Positions 24,231 through 34,466 of a DNA stretch of 56,316 bases are shown here, one piece after another. Within the stretch, counting starts at the first letter, position 1. The number at the start of each line of letters is the position of its first letter. The translations under genes and the position numbers were made by a program. Source of the DNA: Actinomycetota bacterium (lineage in GTDB: Bacteria > Actinomycetota > Thermoleophilia > Solirubrobacterales > JACPNS01); NCBI GenBank assembly GCA_016219715.1, contig JACRKX010000008.1, positions 1 through 56,316 of the forward strand, in the 5' to 3' direction. The notes below the pieces were generated by a model that was not told the origin of the DNA, did not search any database, and worked only from the letters and a program-made list of their open reading frames with translations.

Positions 24231-25470
24231 CGTTCAGCCCCCTCGATTTCGGCGCGGTCGTGTTCGCGTGGGACGAAGCGCACCCTCGTGCCCTTCGCAG
24301 GTGCCAGTGTGACAGCCCGCAGCCGCTGACGCTCGGGCGAGCGCGAGGCGCTGGTCAGCTCGCCGGCGAGCAGCATTTCCTTGAGCACCAGACGCATCTC
24401 CAGCGACGCGAACGCCGCTCCGATACAGCGGCGGATGCCGCCGCCAAACGGGATCCAGGCGTAGGCCGGTGGCTGCGTGTCGACGAACCGCTCGGGCTCG
24501 AAGCTGCCGGGGCGCTCGTAGATGCTCTCGTCGGCGGCGAGCACGTTCATCGGCGACCACAACCGCACGCCGGGGGCGATCGTCCACTCGCCGAGCTGGA
24601 AAGGCTGCTGGACGATCCGCCCGGTCGACCAGACGACTTCCACATCAACAGATCGACGGCCCAGGCAAGCGCGGTGGCCGTGGTTTCGTGCCCGGCGAAC
24701 AGCAGCGTGACCAGCTCGTCGCGCAGCTCCGAGTCCGTCAGCGCGCGGCCGTCTTCGTCGCGTGCGGCCAGCAGCAGCGAAAGTACGTCTTCGCCACCGG
24801 CCGCCTGCTTGCGGCGACGCTCGACGTCCTCGAAGATCAGCCGGTCGACCGCGACGCGGCGCCTGGCGATCAAGCGCTGAATCGGCGAGCGCCGGCCGCT
24901 TCCGGGCCGGGTATCGAGCGCAAGCAAATTCGAGATGGCCATCAGACGGTCGACGGCATGCGAGTAGCGATCGCGGCGCTCCGCGTCATCGACGCCGAAG
25001 ATCACCTCGAGGATCACCTGCAGCGTGATCGCCTGCATTCGCGGGCGCATCGCGAAGGGCCGGTTCGCCGGCCAGGTGGCGATTTCACGACGCGTGATCT
25101 CGGCGATTCGCCGTTCGTAGGCACGCAGCGCCTCACCGTGAAACGGCGGCAGCAGCAGTTTGCGCTGGCGCATGTGCTCTCCGCCGTCGAGCAACAGCAC
25201 CGAGTGCGGGCCGAGCACCGGCCCCATCACCTTCGACGCTTCTCCCGCGTAGGCCCGGTCGTGATCGAGGAACACCTGCTTGATGAGCGCGGGGTCGGTG
25301 ACGCTGACAACGCGGCCGAACCCCGGCAGCGAGAGCCACGCCACCGGTCCGTAGTTGCGTGTGGCCGACTCGAAGTAAGACACCGGGCGCGTGAAGAACC
25401 AAGCGGCCTGGAAGACCGCCGGCAACTTCGATCCGGGCACGCGCTGGGGATCAGCCACCTCTACGGACAT
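24227..25470 (-). pseudogene. Cytochrome P450 with internal deletion/frameshift at ~24640
   Basis: The N-part ends AGHETTATALAWAVDLL. The C-part VVWSTGR...FEPERF...FGGGIRRCIG is in another frame. The intervening ExxR segment is absent. Confidence 0.85.
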
Positions 25471-25699
25471 GCGCACACGATAGGCGCAATCGTCGGCGCG
25501 ATGACCGGCATCAGCACCGAGATCCACTGCGGCGTTTTCTCATCCATATTCCGTTAGATTCGCGAAGAGTCCGTCGCCGTCAGCGGGAGCCCGGGGCCTC
25601 GACGCTTCGAGCAAATCCGGCCGCACGCGCGGCGCTAACCTACCTTCAAGTAAGAAGCGGAACTTCCTACGTGCCGATTCTGCGCGAAAGGCTCCATCG

Positions 25700-27085
25700 A
25701 TGAACGTACCGCCAGCACCCAACGCCGCCGGCCCCTCGACACTGCCCCGAGTCTGCGTAATCGGCGCCGGATCCTCCGGCATCGCCGCATCGAAGCAACT
25801 GCACCAGTCGGGCATCCCGTTCGACTGCTTCGAGAAGGCCACCGCGATCGGCGGGCTCTGGAACTTCGGCCACGACGCGGGCCACAACGCCGCCTATCGC
25901 TCGCTGCACATCAACACCTCGCGCCAGATCATGGAGTTCTCCGACTACCCGATGCCCGAGAGCTACCCCGACTACCCGAGCCACAGCGACATCGCCGAGT
26001 ACTTCGCCGACTACGTGGACCACTTCGGTTTTCGCGACAAGATCCAGCTCGGCGTGGAGGTCGAGCGCGCAGAGCGGCGCGACGACGGTGTCTGGCTGGT
26101 CACGCTAAGCGGCGGTGAAACACGTGAGTACGACGCCCTAGTCGTGGCCAATGGCCATCACTGGGATCCGCGCTGGCCCGAGCCCGCCTTTCCCGGCAAC
26201 TTCGACGGCGTCGAGATGCACTCCCACGACTACGTCGACCAGACGGATTTCGCCGGCAAGAACGTGATCGTGCTGGGCATGGGCAACAGCGCGATGGACA
26301 TCGCCGTTGAGACGAGCACGGTCGCAGACAACGTCTACCTCGCGGCTCGAAGCGGCGTACACATCGTGCCCAAGTACGCGTTCGGCAAGCCCTTCGACCA
26401 CCTAGAACCGCCGGTCACGCTGCCGTGGCCAGTCAAGCAAAAGCTCTTCGCCGCGATGCTGCGGACGGCCGTCGGCAAGGTCGAGGACTACGGACTGCCG
26501 AAGCCCGCCCAGGGCGTCGGCGAGGCCCACCCGACAGTCAGCAGCGACATCCTCAGCAAGGTCGGTCACGGTTTCGTGAAGGTCAAGCCGAACATCGCCG
26601 AGCTGCAGGGCGACAAGGTCAGGTTCACCGACGGCAGCGTGGTCGAGGCCGACATCATCGTCTACTGCACGGGCTACAAGGTCACCTTCCCGTTCTTCGA
26701 CGAGGACTTCATCAGCGCACCCGACAACGACCTGCCGCTCTACCGGCGGGTCTTCAAGCCAGGCCTCGACAACGCCTTCTTCGTGGGCCTACTGCAACCG
26801 TTGGGCGCCATCATGCCACTCGCCGAGGCGCAGTCTCGCTGGATAAGCGCTTACCTGAAAGGCCAATGCGCCCTGCCCTCCGAGGGTGAGATGCGCCGTC
26901 AGATGGAGGCCGAGCGGGCGAAGATGTTCAAGCGCTACACGAAGTCGAAGCGTCACACCATGCAGGTCGACTTCCGCGAGTACCTGCAGGAGCTCAAACG
27001 CGAACTCGACGAGGGCGCCAAGCGCGCCCAGGGTCGCGGACTTCCCGTGCCACCACGCGCGGGCTCCGCTGTCTCGGCGGGCTGA
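25700..27085 (+). CDS. Flavin-containing monooxygenase (FMO-like)
   Basis: GAGSSG; GGLW; F.G..MHSHDY; GMGNSA; YCTGY. Confidence 0.93.
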   Translation: MNVPPAPNAAGPSTLPRVCVIGAGSSGIAASKQLHQSGIPFDCFEKATAIGGLWNFGHDAGHNAAYRSLHINTSRQIMEFSDYPMPESYPDYPSHSDIAEYFADYVDHFGFRDKIQLGVEVERAERRDDGVWLVTLSGGETREYDALVVANGHHWDPRWPEPAFPGNFDGVEMHSHDYVDQTDFAGKNVIVLGMGNSAMDIAVETSTVADNVYLAARSGVHIVPKYAFGKPFDHLEPPVTLPWPVKQKLFAAMLRTAVGKVEDYGLPKPAQGVGEAHPTVSSDILSKVGHGFVKVKPNIAELQGDKVRFTDGSVVEADIIVYCTGYKVTFPFFDEDFISAPDNDLPLYRRVFKPGLDNAFFVGLLQPLGAIMPLAEAQSRWISAYLKGQCALPSEGEMRRQMEAERAKMFKRYTKSKRHTMQVDFREYLQELKRELDEGAKRAQGRGLPVPPRAGSAVSAG

Positions 27086-27235
27086 GCGGATGCGACCGGG
27101 CGTCTGGATGCACGGACGCCTCGAACATTCGTCCACGCCTGGCCGCCATTGCGCTGGCACCGGGGTCGAACCGTCGCGATGCTGGGGCTGCGCCCGAAAC
27201 CCTCCGGGAACCCACGGACCGATGCGGAGTCATAG

Positions 27236-29464
27236 GTGGGGATAACAACTGAAACCGACCACGGTCTCAAGACCGACGCCACGCTGGCCGAACTGAGCCA
27301 CGCGGCGCCCCACGACGAGCGCGATCTCGCGTGCATCGTTTGCGGCCTTTGGTGGGCGATCGAGATGGTCACGCTACTGGCCGGCACGCTGCTGATGCCC
27401 GATCTGATCGAGTCGGGAGCGGCCTACTGGCAGTTCGGCGGGGCCCTCTACGGCGTGCTGATCGCAACCTCGCTGGTCACCTGGGTTCGCCGACTGCCGG
27501 AGCGCACGTGTTACCGGGTGCTCGACTTCGCGGTGATGCTCGCGATCGCCACGAGCGTCGTGCTGATGGTCGCCGCGCCGGCCGGCGTCCCGGCGCTGAC
27601 GCTCAACATGCTCTCGGCGGTGATGTTCGCCGCCTACTTCCTGGGCGGGCGCATGACGTTCGTGACGACGGTCGTCGTCACGCTGACGACGATTCTCCCG
27701 TTGCTGCTGAACGTCGACGCAAGCAGTGCCGAGCACATGACGTCGCGATTGACGGTGTGGATTCCTGTGGTCTGGATGATCGCGCTGGCGATCCACCTCC
27801 AGAATCGCGAACGCCACGCCGCCGTCGAGATGGCCGAGAGCCAGGCCACGGCCGACCGCCTGACGGGACTTGACAACCTTCGCGCCCTGCGCGAACACGC
27901 CGATTCGGCACTCGCCGAGGCCCGCGCCAGCGGCCGGCTGACCGGGCTGCTGCTGATCGACCTCGACGATCTCAAGGAGATCAACGCTTCCCGCGGTCAT
28001 CGCGCCGGCGACGAAGTGCTGGTAGCGGTTGCCGAAGCGCTGAAAGCGGCCGCGAGCGGCAACCATCACGTAGCGCGCATCAGCGGCGACGTGTTCGCCG
28101 TGCTGGTGGAGAACGCCGTGGCAGCAGACATGGAACCGCTCGCCGCGCGCTTCCGCGCCGCCGTGCACGCCGCGCGCAATCGCGTGGGCCCATCGGGAAT
28201 GCGGCTCGACTGCGGCGTCGGTACCGCGATCGCACCCGAGGACGGCCACGCACTCGAGGACCTGATGACGGTCGCCGACCGCATGCTCTACGACCTCAAG
28301 CGTCGCCGGCGCGACCTCGGCGAAGAGCCGGTGACCGGGCGCCTGCCGGCCGACTTCCTGCGCAAGACCTCGATCCCACTCGTGACCCCGGCATACGACC
28401 ACCCCGCAACGATCGACCCCGAGCAGCCGATCATGTTCGGGCGACCGCTGCACGCCTTCACCGCCGCGGCCGGCTGGCTAATGGCGATCGTCCTGATGCT
28501 CATGAGCATGGCGATGCCCGACGCCGATCGGTCGCACATCTCGGTCGCCTTGCCGGTCACGTTGCTGGCGCTGATCCCCGCTTCGCTGGTCTTCTTCTTT
28601 CCGCCACGGCTGCGCTCGATGCGCCACTTCGTCAACGACATGCTGACGCTCGTGATGATTGCCGTCGTCTCGTACCTGACCGGCGGCGTCGAGAGCCCGG
28701 CGCTGGCCCTCGTCTTCGCGTTCATGATCCACGAGGGATGGTTCATGAGTCCGCGCCAGCTGATCCCACGCGCAATCGCGATGGTGCTGGTGATCGTCGC
28801 CCCGCTGGCTTACGAGGACATCGGCGAGGGCGCCAACGCGCTTTCGCAGATCGCGACGATCTACATGGCCGTGAACGTCGCGCTGTGGCAGACGCTCGCG
28901 ATGGGTCTCAGCCGCACATACATCCTGCGCGCCCAAGAAGTTGCGCTGCGACTCGCGAAGCTCGACCCGCTGACCGGTCTGGCCAACCGCGAGACCTTTG
29001 AGGCCGATCTCGAGCGGCAGCTAGAGGACAAGCCGTTCTCAAACGAGGACTCGCTGGCGATCGTGATGATCGACCTGGAAGGCTTCAAACGCATCAACAG
29101 CCTGCGCGGGCACGGGGCCGGCGACCGCCTGCTCTGCGAGATCGCCGATGCGCTGCGCGTAACGATGCGCGCCGACGACGTGCTGGCGCGGATCGGCGGC
29201 GACGAGTTCGCCGCGCTAGTGCCAAGTGCCAGCGAGCACGAGGCCCGCGCGCTGGCCGAGCGGCTCGTCTCGGCAATCGACGACTGCGTGGCGATCTCGC
29301 CCGACGCATCGGCCTCGCGGATCACGACCTGCGCGGGCTTCTCGCTGTTTCCGACACACGGCCGCACGGCCGACGAACTGATGTCGGCCGCCGACCTGGC
29401 GCTTCTGACGGTGAAGTCCGGCGGCCGCGGGTCACGCGTCAGCCGGCTTGTCGTCGGTCTCTGA
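27236..29464 (+). CDS. Membrane diguanylate cyclase with two TM+GGDEF modules
   Basis: DRLTGLDN...RISGDVF (degenerate) and DPLTGLANR...RIGGDEF (intact). Confidence 0.9.
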   Translation: MGITTETDHGLKTDATLAELSHAAPHDERDLACIVCGLWWAIEMVTLLAGTLLMPDLIESGAAYWQFGGALYGVLIATSLVTWVRRLPERTCYRVLDFAVMLAIATSVVLMVAAPAGVPALTLNMLSAVMFAAYFLGGRMTFVTTVVVTLTTILPLLLNVDASSAEHMTSRLTVWIPVVWMIALAIHLQNRERHAAVEMAESQATADRLTGLDNLRALREHADSALAEARASGRLTGLLLIDLDDLKEINASRGHRAGDEVLVAVAEALKAAASGNHHVARISGDVFAVLVENAVAADMEPLAARFRAAVHAARNRVGPSGMRLDCGVGTAIAPEDGHALEDLMTVADRMLYDLKRRRRDLGEEPVTGRLPADFLRKTSIPLVTPAYDHPATIDPEQPIMFGRPLHAFTAAAGWLMAIVLMLMSMAMPDADRSHISVALPVTLLALIPASLVFFFPPRLRSMRHFVNDMLTLVMIAVVSYLTGGVESPALALVFAFMIHEGWFMSPRQLIPRAIAMVLVIVAPLAYEDIGEGANALSQIATIYMAVNVALWQTLAMGLSRTYILRAQEVALRLAKLDPLTGLANRETFEADLERQLEDKPFSNEDSLAIVMIDLEGFKRINSLRGHGAGDRLLCEIADALRVTMRADDVLARIGGDEFAALVPSASEHEARALAERLVSAIDDCVAISPDASASRITTCAGFSLFPTHGRTADELMSAADLALLTVKSGGRGSRVSRLVVGL

Positions 29465-29494
29465 TTCGGGTTCGGCCTCGAAGCCGATCCAGAC

Positions 29495-30376
29495 CTAGAG
29501 CGGTCGCAGCGTCCCGTCGAGGTGCGGCGTGCCCTTCTTGACGTCGCGCACCGCGAAATCGAGCCCACTTTGATCGGCGTCGTCGCCGCGCTCGGCGACG
29601 GCGAACGCGACCTTTGCCGGCAGCAGGACCGGCCGGCGGAAGGCAACGTGCACCTTGAAGGCGTCGGGACGGCGGTTGTCGAGCGCTGCGAGGCAGCGAG
29701 CCTTCGTCCACATGCCGTGCGCGATCGCGCGGGGGAAACCGAAGGCCTTGGCCGTCAGGTCGTACATGTGGATCGGGTTGCGGTCGCCGCTGACGGACGC
29801 GTAGCGACGGCCGAGATCTCCGGGCAGCTTCCACTCGGCGATCTGCGGCAACTCGCCCGGGGCTCCTGCGCCCTCGGGTCGTTGTGCGGCCGTGTTCTTG
29901 TCTCCGCCACCGCGCTTGAGGTAGGTGCTCTCAGCGACCTGCACGAGCTCGTCGCCGACCGAGACCTCGGTGATCATCGTGAACTGGCGGCCCTTGGCGT
30001 GCGGAGCGATCGGCGTGGCTCGCACCGACAGCGTCAGCCGTTCGTCGGTCTTCACCGGGCGGTGCTGCGTGATCGTGTTCTCGACGTGTACGAGGCCGAT
30101 CGCGGGGAACGGGAAGTCGCCGGCCGTCAGCACCTTCATGTGCAGCGGGAAGGCAAGCGTGTTCGGGTAGATCGGCGGCAACGTGTCGCGCATCGTGAAC
30201 TCGGTGACGCGGCAGTAGTCGGCCAGCTTCGCCGAGTCGACCGCGATGTTCTCGAGCTGCAGCGTGCGCTGCGGCACATCCTTGCCCCGCCCGCGGGCCA
30301 GCGGGGTCATGCCCAGCGCGGCCTTCAGGTAGAGCGAGCCCGAGGAAGGCGATGATTGCAGCGTTTCGATACTCAT
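29495..30376 (-). CDS. htdX: MaoC-like double-hotdog dehydratase (HtdX-like)
   Basis: YASVSGDRNPIH; GFPRAIAHGMW; start MSIETL at 30376; follows fabG4. Confidence 0.85.
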   Translation of the reverse strand: MSIETLQSSPSSGSLYLKAALGMTPLARGRGKDVPQRTLQLENIAVDSAKLADYCRVTEFTMRDTLPPIYPNTLAFPLHMKVLTAGDFPFPAIGLVHVENTITQHRPVKTDERLTLSVRATPIAPHAKGRQFTMITEVSVGDELVQVAESTYLKRGGGDKNTAAQRPEGAGAPGELPQIAEWKLPGDLGRRYASVSGDRNPIHMYDLTAKAFGFPRAIAHGMWTKARCLAALDNRRPDAFKVHVAFRRPVLLPAKVAFAVAERGDDADQSGLDFAVRDVKKGTPHLDGTLRPL

Positions 30377-30378
30377 CG

Positions 30379-31737
30379 TCACGCCCCCAGGAGACTCTGA
30401 CCGCAGACGCGCACGACGTTTCCGGTCACACCGGTGCTGGCCGGGCCGGCGTACCAGGCGATCGTCTCGGCGACGTCGACGGGCAGTCCGCCCTGCAGCA
30501 TGCTGTTCATGCGGCGGCCGGCCTCGCGCGTGCCGATCGGCATCGCGGCGGTCATCTGCGTTTCGATGAAGCCTGGCGCCACGGCGTTGATCGTGATCTT
30601 GCTCTTGGCGAACTCGGGTGCCATGCTCTGGACCATTCCGATCACGCCGGCCTTGCTGGTGGCGTAGTTGGTCTGGCCGGCGTTGCCGGCAATGCCGCTG
30701 ATCGACGACACGCACACGATGCGGCCATTCTCGTTGATCAGCTTGCGTGCGAGCAGTTCGTCGTCGATCCGCTCCTCGGAACTGAGATTGATCTCGAGCA
30801 GCACGGACCATTTGTCCTCGTCCATCTTGCCGAGCGTCTTGTCCTTGGTGACGCCGGCGTTGTGCACGATGACGTCGATGCCGCCGTGCTTCTCGGCGAT
30901 CTGGTCGGCGATCATCGTCGGAGCGTCCGCGGCGGTGATGTCGCCGACGATCGAGCTGCCGCCGAGCTGCGCCATCAACGCCTCGAGGTCGTCGGCCAGC
31001 GGCGGCACGTCTAGCCCGACGACGTGGGCGCCGTCGCGGGCCAGCGTCTTGGCGATCGCCGCGCCGATGCCGCGCGAAGCGCCAGTGACCAGGGCGACCT
31101 TGCCGGCCAGCGGCATGCCCCAGTCGATCGGGCCGGCTTCGGCCACGCCGGCGCCGATGCGCACGACCTGACCGCTGACGTAGGCCGATTTAGGCGAGCA
31201 GAAGAAGCGCAGGCTGCTCTCGATCTGGTCTTCGGCGCCGGGCGCTACGTAGATCAACTGCGCCGCGGCCCCTTTGCGGACCTCCTTGCCGACCGCGCGA
31301 ACGAAGCCCTCCAGCGCACGCTGGGCCGTAGCCTCGCGCGGGCCGGTGGTCAGCTCGGGCTGCGTACCGAGCACCACGATACGGCCGCTGGTCTTGACAC
31401 GGCGGATCGTGGTGTGGAAGAACTGCCACAGCTCACGCAGCTGCGTGCTGTCGGTGATGCCCGTGGCGTCGAAGATCAGCGCCTTGTAGCGCTCGTCACC
31501 TTCGGGTGCCGCGCCGGGCTCGCTGTAACCGAACTCGACATCGGCCGACTTCAGCGCGGCGACGATCGCCTCGCCGAGACGACCGCCGGGAGCCGCGCCG
31601 ATGAACGCCTTGCCGGTGACGACCGGCTGGCCTGGCTTGTAGCGCTCGAGCTTGACGGGCTGGGGCAGGCCGACCTTCGGGGCAATGAAGTTTCCGACGG
31701 GCGAGTTGACGAGTGATGCGTAACGGTCTGAAGACAT
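30379..31737 (-). CDS. fabG4: 3-oxoacyl-ACP/CoA reductase, long FabG4 type
   Basis: Extra N-terminal domain; TGASRGIG; HNAG; YATSK; RVCGQSLLGA C-terminus. Confidence 0.92.
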   Translation of the reverse strand: MSSDRYASLVNSPVGNFIAPKVGLPQPVKLERYKPGQPVVTGKAFIGAAPGGRLGEAIVAALKSADVEFGYSEPGAAPEGDERYKALIFDATGITDSTQLRELWQFFHTTIRRVKTSGRIVVLGTQPELTTGPREATAQRALEGFVRAVGKEVRKGAAAQLIYVAPGAEDQIESSLRFFCSPKSAYVSGQVVRIGAGVAEAGPIDWGMPLAGKVALVTGASRGIGAAIAKTLARDGAHVVGLDVPPLADDLEALMAQLGGSSIVGDITAADAPTMIADQIAEKHGGIDVIVHNAGVTKDKTLGKMDEDKWSVLLEINLSSEERIDDELLARKLINENGRIVCVSSISGIAGNAGQTNYATSKAGVIGMVQSMAPEFAKSKITINAVAPGFIETQMTAAMPIGTREAGRRMNSMLQGGLPVDVAETIAWYAGPASTGVTGNVVRVCGQSLLGA

Positions 31738-31780
31738 AGGCATGTTCCTCTCTGGGATTCCTCTCTGGCCGGGAGCGTTA

Positions 31781-33073
31781 TCAGCGCTCGAGGATCGCGA
31801 CGACGCCCTGGCCACCGGCCGCGCAGATCGAGATCAATCCGCGTCCGGAGCCCTTCTCCTCGAGCATCTTCGCAAGGTTGGCGATGATGCGGCCACCGGT
31901 CGCGGCGAACGGGTGCGCCGCGGCCAGCGAGCCGCCGTAGACGTTCAGCTTGCTGCGATCGATCGAACCGAGCGGCTCGTCGAGTCCGAGGCGCTGCTTG
32001 CAGAAGGCCTCGTCCTCCCAAGCCTTCAGCGTGGCCAGCACCTGGGCGGCGAAGGCCTCGTGGATCTCGTAGAAGTCGAAGTCCTGCAGCGTCAGGCCGT
32101 TGCGCTTGAGCATGCGCGGCACCGCGTAGGCCGGAGCCAGCAACAGGCCTTCCTGCTTGACGATGTAGTCGACCGCGGCGGTCTCGGCGTCGACGAAGCG
32201 AGCGCGCGGGGTTAGGCCGCGCTCCTTTGCCCACTCTTCCGTTCCCATCAGCACTGCGCTCGCGCCGTCGGAGAGCGGTGTGGAGTTGGCGGCGGTCATC
32301 GTGCCGGTCTCGCGGTCGCCGAAGACGGGCTTCAGCTTGGCGAGCTTCTCCAGTGTCGTGTCGGCGCGCATGTTGCCGTCGACCTCGACGCCGAGGTACG
32401 GCGTGATCAGATCCTCCTGCCAGCCACGTTCGTAGGCAGCGGCGAGGTTCTTGTGCGAGTGAAATGTCAGCTCGTCCTGGGCCTCGCGGGTGATGTCCCA
32501 CTCGGCGGCGGTGATCGCAGTGTGCTCACCCATCGAAAGGCCGGTGCGCGCCTCGCGGTTGACGGGAATCTCGGGCTTGATCATGCCCGGACGCAGGCGC
32601 GGCAGCAGCGTCTTGAGCTGGCCGCCGACGGACTTCTGGCGATTGGCGTCCATCAGGATCTTGCGCAGGTCCTCGTTCAATTCGATCGGGGCGTCGCTGG
32701 TGGTGTCGGTGCCGCCGGCGATGCCGCTGTCGATCTGACCGAGAGCGATCTTGTTGGCGATCAGAATCGCGGCCTCGAGGCCGGTGCCACAGGCCTGGCC
32801 GACGTCGAAGGCCGGCGTCTCGGGTGCGAGCTTGCTGCCGAGCACGACCTCGCGGCTGAGGTTCAGCTCACGGGCGAACTTCAGCACCGCGCCGCCGGCA
32901 AAGTCGCCGACACGCTGACCTTCAAGGCCGTAGCGCTCGACGAGGCCGTCGACAGCGGCGGTGAACATGTCCTGGTTGGACGCGTGCGAGTAGGGGCCAT
33001 TCGAACGCGCGAAGGGGATGCGGTTACCGCCGATGACCCAGACGTCACGGGCGGAGGCGCTCTTTGCTGCCAT
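31781..33073 (-). CDS. fadA2: Acetyl-CoA C-acyltransferase (FadA2-like thiolase)
   Basis: GGNRIPFARS; QACGTG; HEAFA; HPFAATG; CAAGGQG. Confidence 0.92.
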   Translation of the reverse strand: MAAKSASARDVWVIGGNRIPFARSNGPYSHASNQDMFTAAVDGLVERYGLEGQRVGDFAGGAVLKFARELNLSREVVLGSKLAPETPAFDVGQACGTGLEAAILIANKIALGQIDSGIAGGTDTTSDAPIELNEDLRKILMDANRQKSVGGQLKTLLPRLRPGMIKPEIPVNREARTGLSMGEHTAITAAEWDITREAQDELTFHSHKNLAAAYERGWQEDLITPYLGVEVDGNMRADTTLEKLAKLKPVFGDRETGTMTAANSTPLSDGASAVLMGTEEWAKERGLTPRARFVDAETAAVDYIVKQEGLLLAPAYAVPRMLKRNGLTLQDFDFYEIHEAFAAQVLATLKAWEDEAFCKQRLGLDEPLGSIDRSKLNVYGGSLAAAHPFAATGGRIIANLAKMLEEKGSGRGLISICAAGGQGVVAILER

Positions 33074-33124
33074 CAGGGAAGTCTCACTTTCTCAAACGGG
33101 GATTCGGGCTTGCGATGGGGAGCG

Positions 33125-33164
33125 CACGGTCGCGCCGGCAATGGAGGAAGCCGGCGCGACCGTG
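33125..33164. other. 15-bp perfect intergenic hairpin within the fad operon
   Basis: CACGGTCGCGCCGGC-N10-GCCGGCGCGACCGTG. Confidence 0.75.
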
Positions 33165-33199
33165 GCCAGTTGGGGGGAACCGTCAAATCGGCAATTGGC

Positions 33200-34432
33200 T
33201 TATTTCAGCTCGGACGAGGACTTGCCCAGTAGCTGCCGCGCGATGATCAGCAGCTGAATCTGCTGCGTGCCCTCGAAGATGTCGAGGATCTTGGAGTCGC
33301 GAGACCACTTCTCGAGCAGCTCGTTTTCCGAGTAACCGACGCTACCGGCCAGCTTGACCGCGCGCAGCGTGATGTCGGTGCCGCTGCGGCCGGCCTTCGC
33401 CTTCGCCATCGAGGCGTGGACGGAGTTGGGCTTGCGGTTGTCGGCCATCCACGCCGCCTGCATGGTCAGCAGCAGAGCCGCCTCCCAGTCTGCCTCGAGC
33501 TCGATGAACTCGGCGACTGCGCCGGGCTGGTGGGCGGTCGGCCTGTCGTAGTCGATCTCGAAGCCGGCGTCGGTCAGCAGTGTGCGCAGCTCGTCTAGCG
33601 CGGCTCGGCTGCAGCCAAGCGCCATCGCGGCGACCAGCGGCCGGGTGTTGTCGAACGTCTGCATGACGCCGCCGAAGCCCTTGTCGGTCCGGACCTCGGG
33701 GTCGCCGAGCAGGTTGTCCTTGTGCACACGGCAGTCCTGCAGGATGAAGTTCGCCGTGTCGCTGGCGCGGATGCCGAGCTTGTGCTCGAGGCGGTCGAGC
33801 TTCAGGCCGGGGTTGTCACGCTCGACGACGAACGACTTAATGCCCGCGCGGCCCGCCGACGGATCGACGTTGGCCCAGACCACGACCACGTCGGCGCGCT
33901 CGCCGGACGTGACGAAGATCTTCTCGCCGTTGAGGACGTAGTAGTCGCCGTCTTTGACCGCTGTGGTGCGGATCGAGGCGCTGTCGCTGCCGGCCTCGGG
34001 CTCGGTGATCGCCATCGCGGCCCACTTGCCCTTGAAGCGCTTGAGCTGCTCTTCGTTGGCGACGGCAGCGATCGCGCTGTTGCCGAGACCCTGTCCGGGC
34101 ATCGTCAGCAGCAGGCCGGTGTCGCCCCAGCACATCTCGATGATCGAGAGTGCCGTGGAGAGGTTGGTGCCGTTCTTGGTGCCGGTCTCTTCGGCCTTCG
34201 GGGCGCCGCCGTTCTCGGAGGCGTCGCCCTTGCCGACGCCGGCGGCGCCGGCGCCCATACCGGCTCCGTCCTCCATGCCTTCGATCAGCGACCTGAGCAT
34301 GTCGAGCTCGACGGGGTACTCGTGCTCGGCGATGTCGTACTTGCGCGAGTTCGGGCGCAGCAGCTCCTGGGCGACCATGTTTGCCTGGCTGACCAGTGGC
34401 TTGAACTTCTTGGGGTATTCGAGGTTGATCAT
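33200..34432 (-). CDS. fadE23: Acyl-CoA dehydrogenase (FadE23-like)
   Basis: MINLE; AITEPEAGSD; LNGEKIFVT; KLGIRASDT; IFEGTQQIQ. Confidence 0.88.
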   Translation of the reverse strand: MINLEYPKKFKPLVSQANMVAQELLRPNSRKYDIAEHEYPVELDMLRSLIEGMEDGAGMGAGAAGVGKGDASENGGAPKAEETGTKNGTNLSTALSIIEMCWGDTGLLLTMPGQGLGNSAIAAVANEEQLKRFKGKWAAMAITEPEAGSDSASIRTTAVKDGDYYVLNGEKIFVTSGERADVVVVWANVDPSAGRAGIKSFVVERDNPGLKLDRLEHKLGIRASDTANFILQDCRVHKDNLLGDPEVRTDKGFGGVMQTFDNTRPLVAAMALGCSRAALDELRTLLTDAGFEIDYDRPTAHQPGAVAEFIELEADWEAALLLTMQAAWMADNRKPNSVHASMAKAKAGRSGTDITLRAVKLAGSVGYSENELLEKWSRDSKILDIFEGTQQIQLLIIARQLLGKSSSELK

Positions 34433-34466
34433 TGTTGAAATCTCCTGTTTCCGTGTGCCGCCGCCG

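Noticed and set aside
29495-30811. 438-aa MaoC ORF, and the similarly extended HlyIII ORF to 54809
   Set aside because: The N-terminal extensions overlap neighbouring genes; real starts are at 30376 and 54524.
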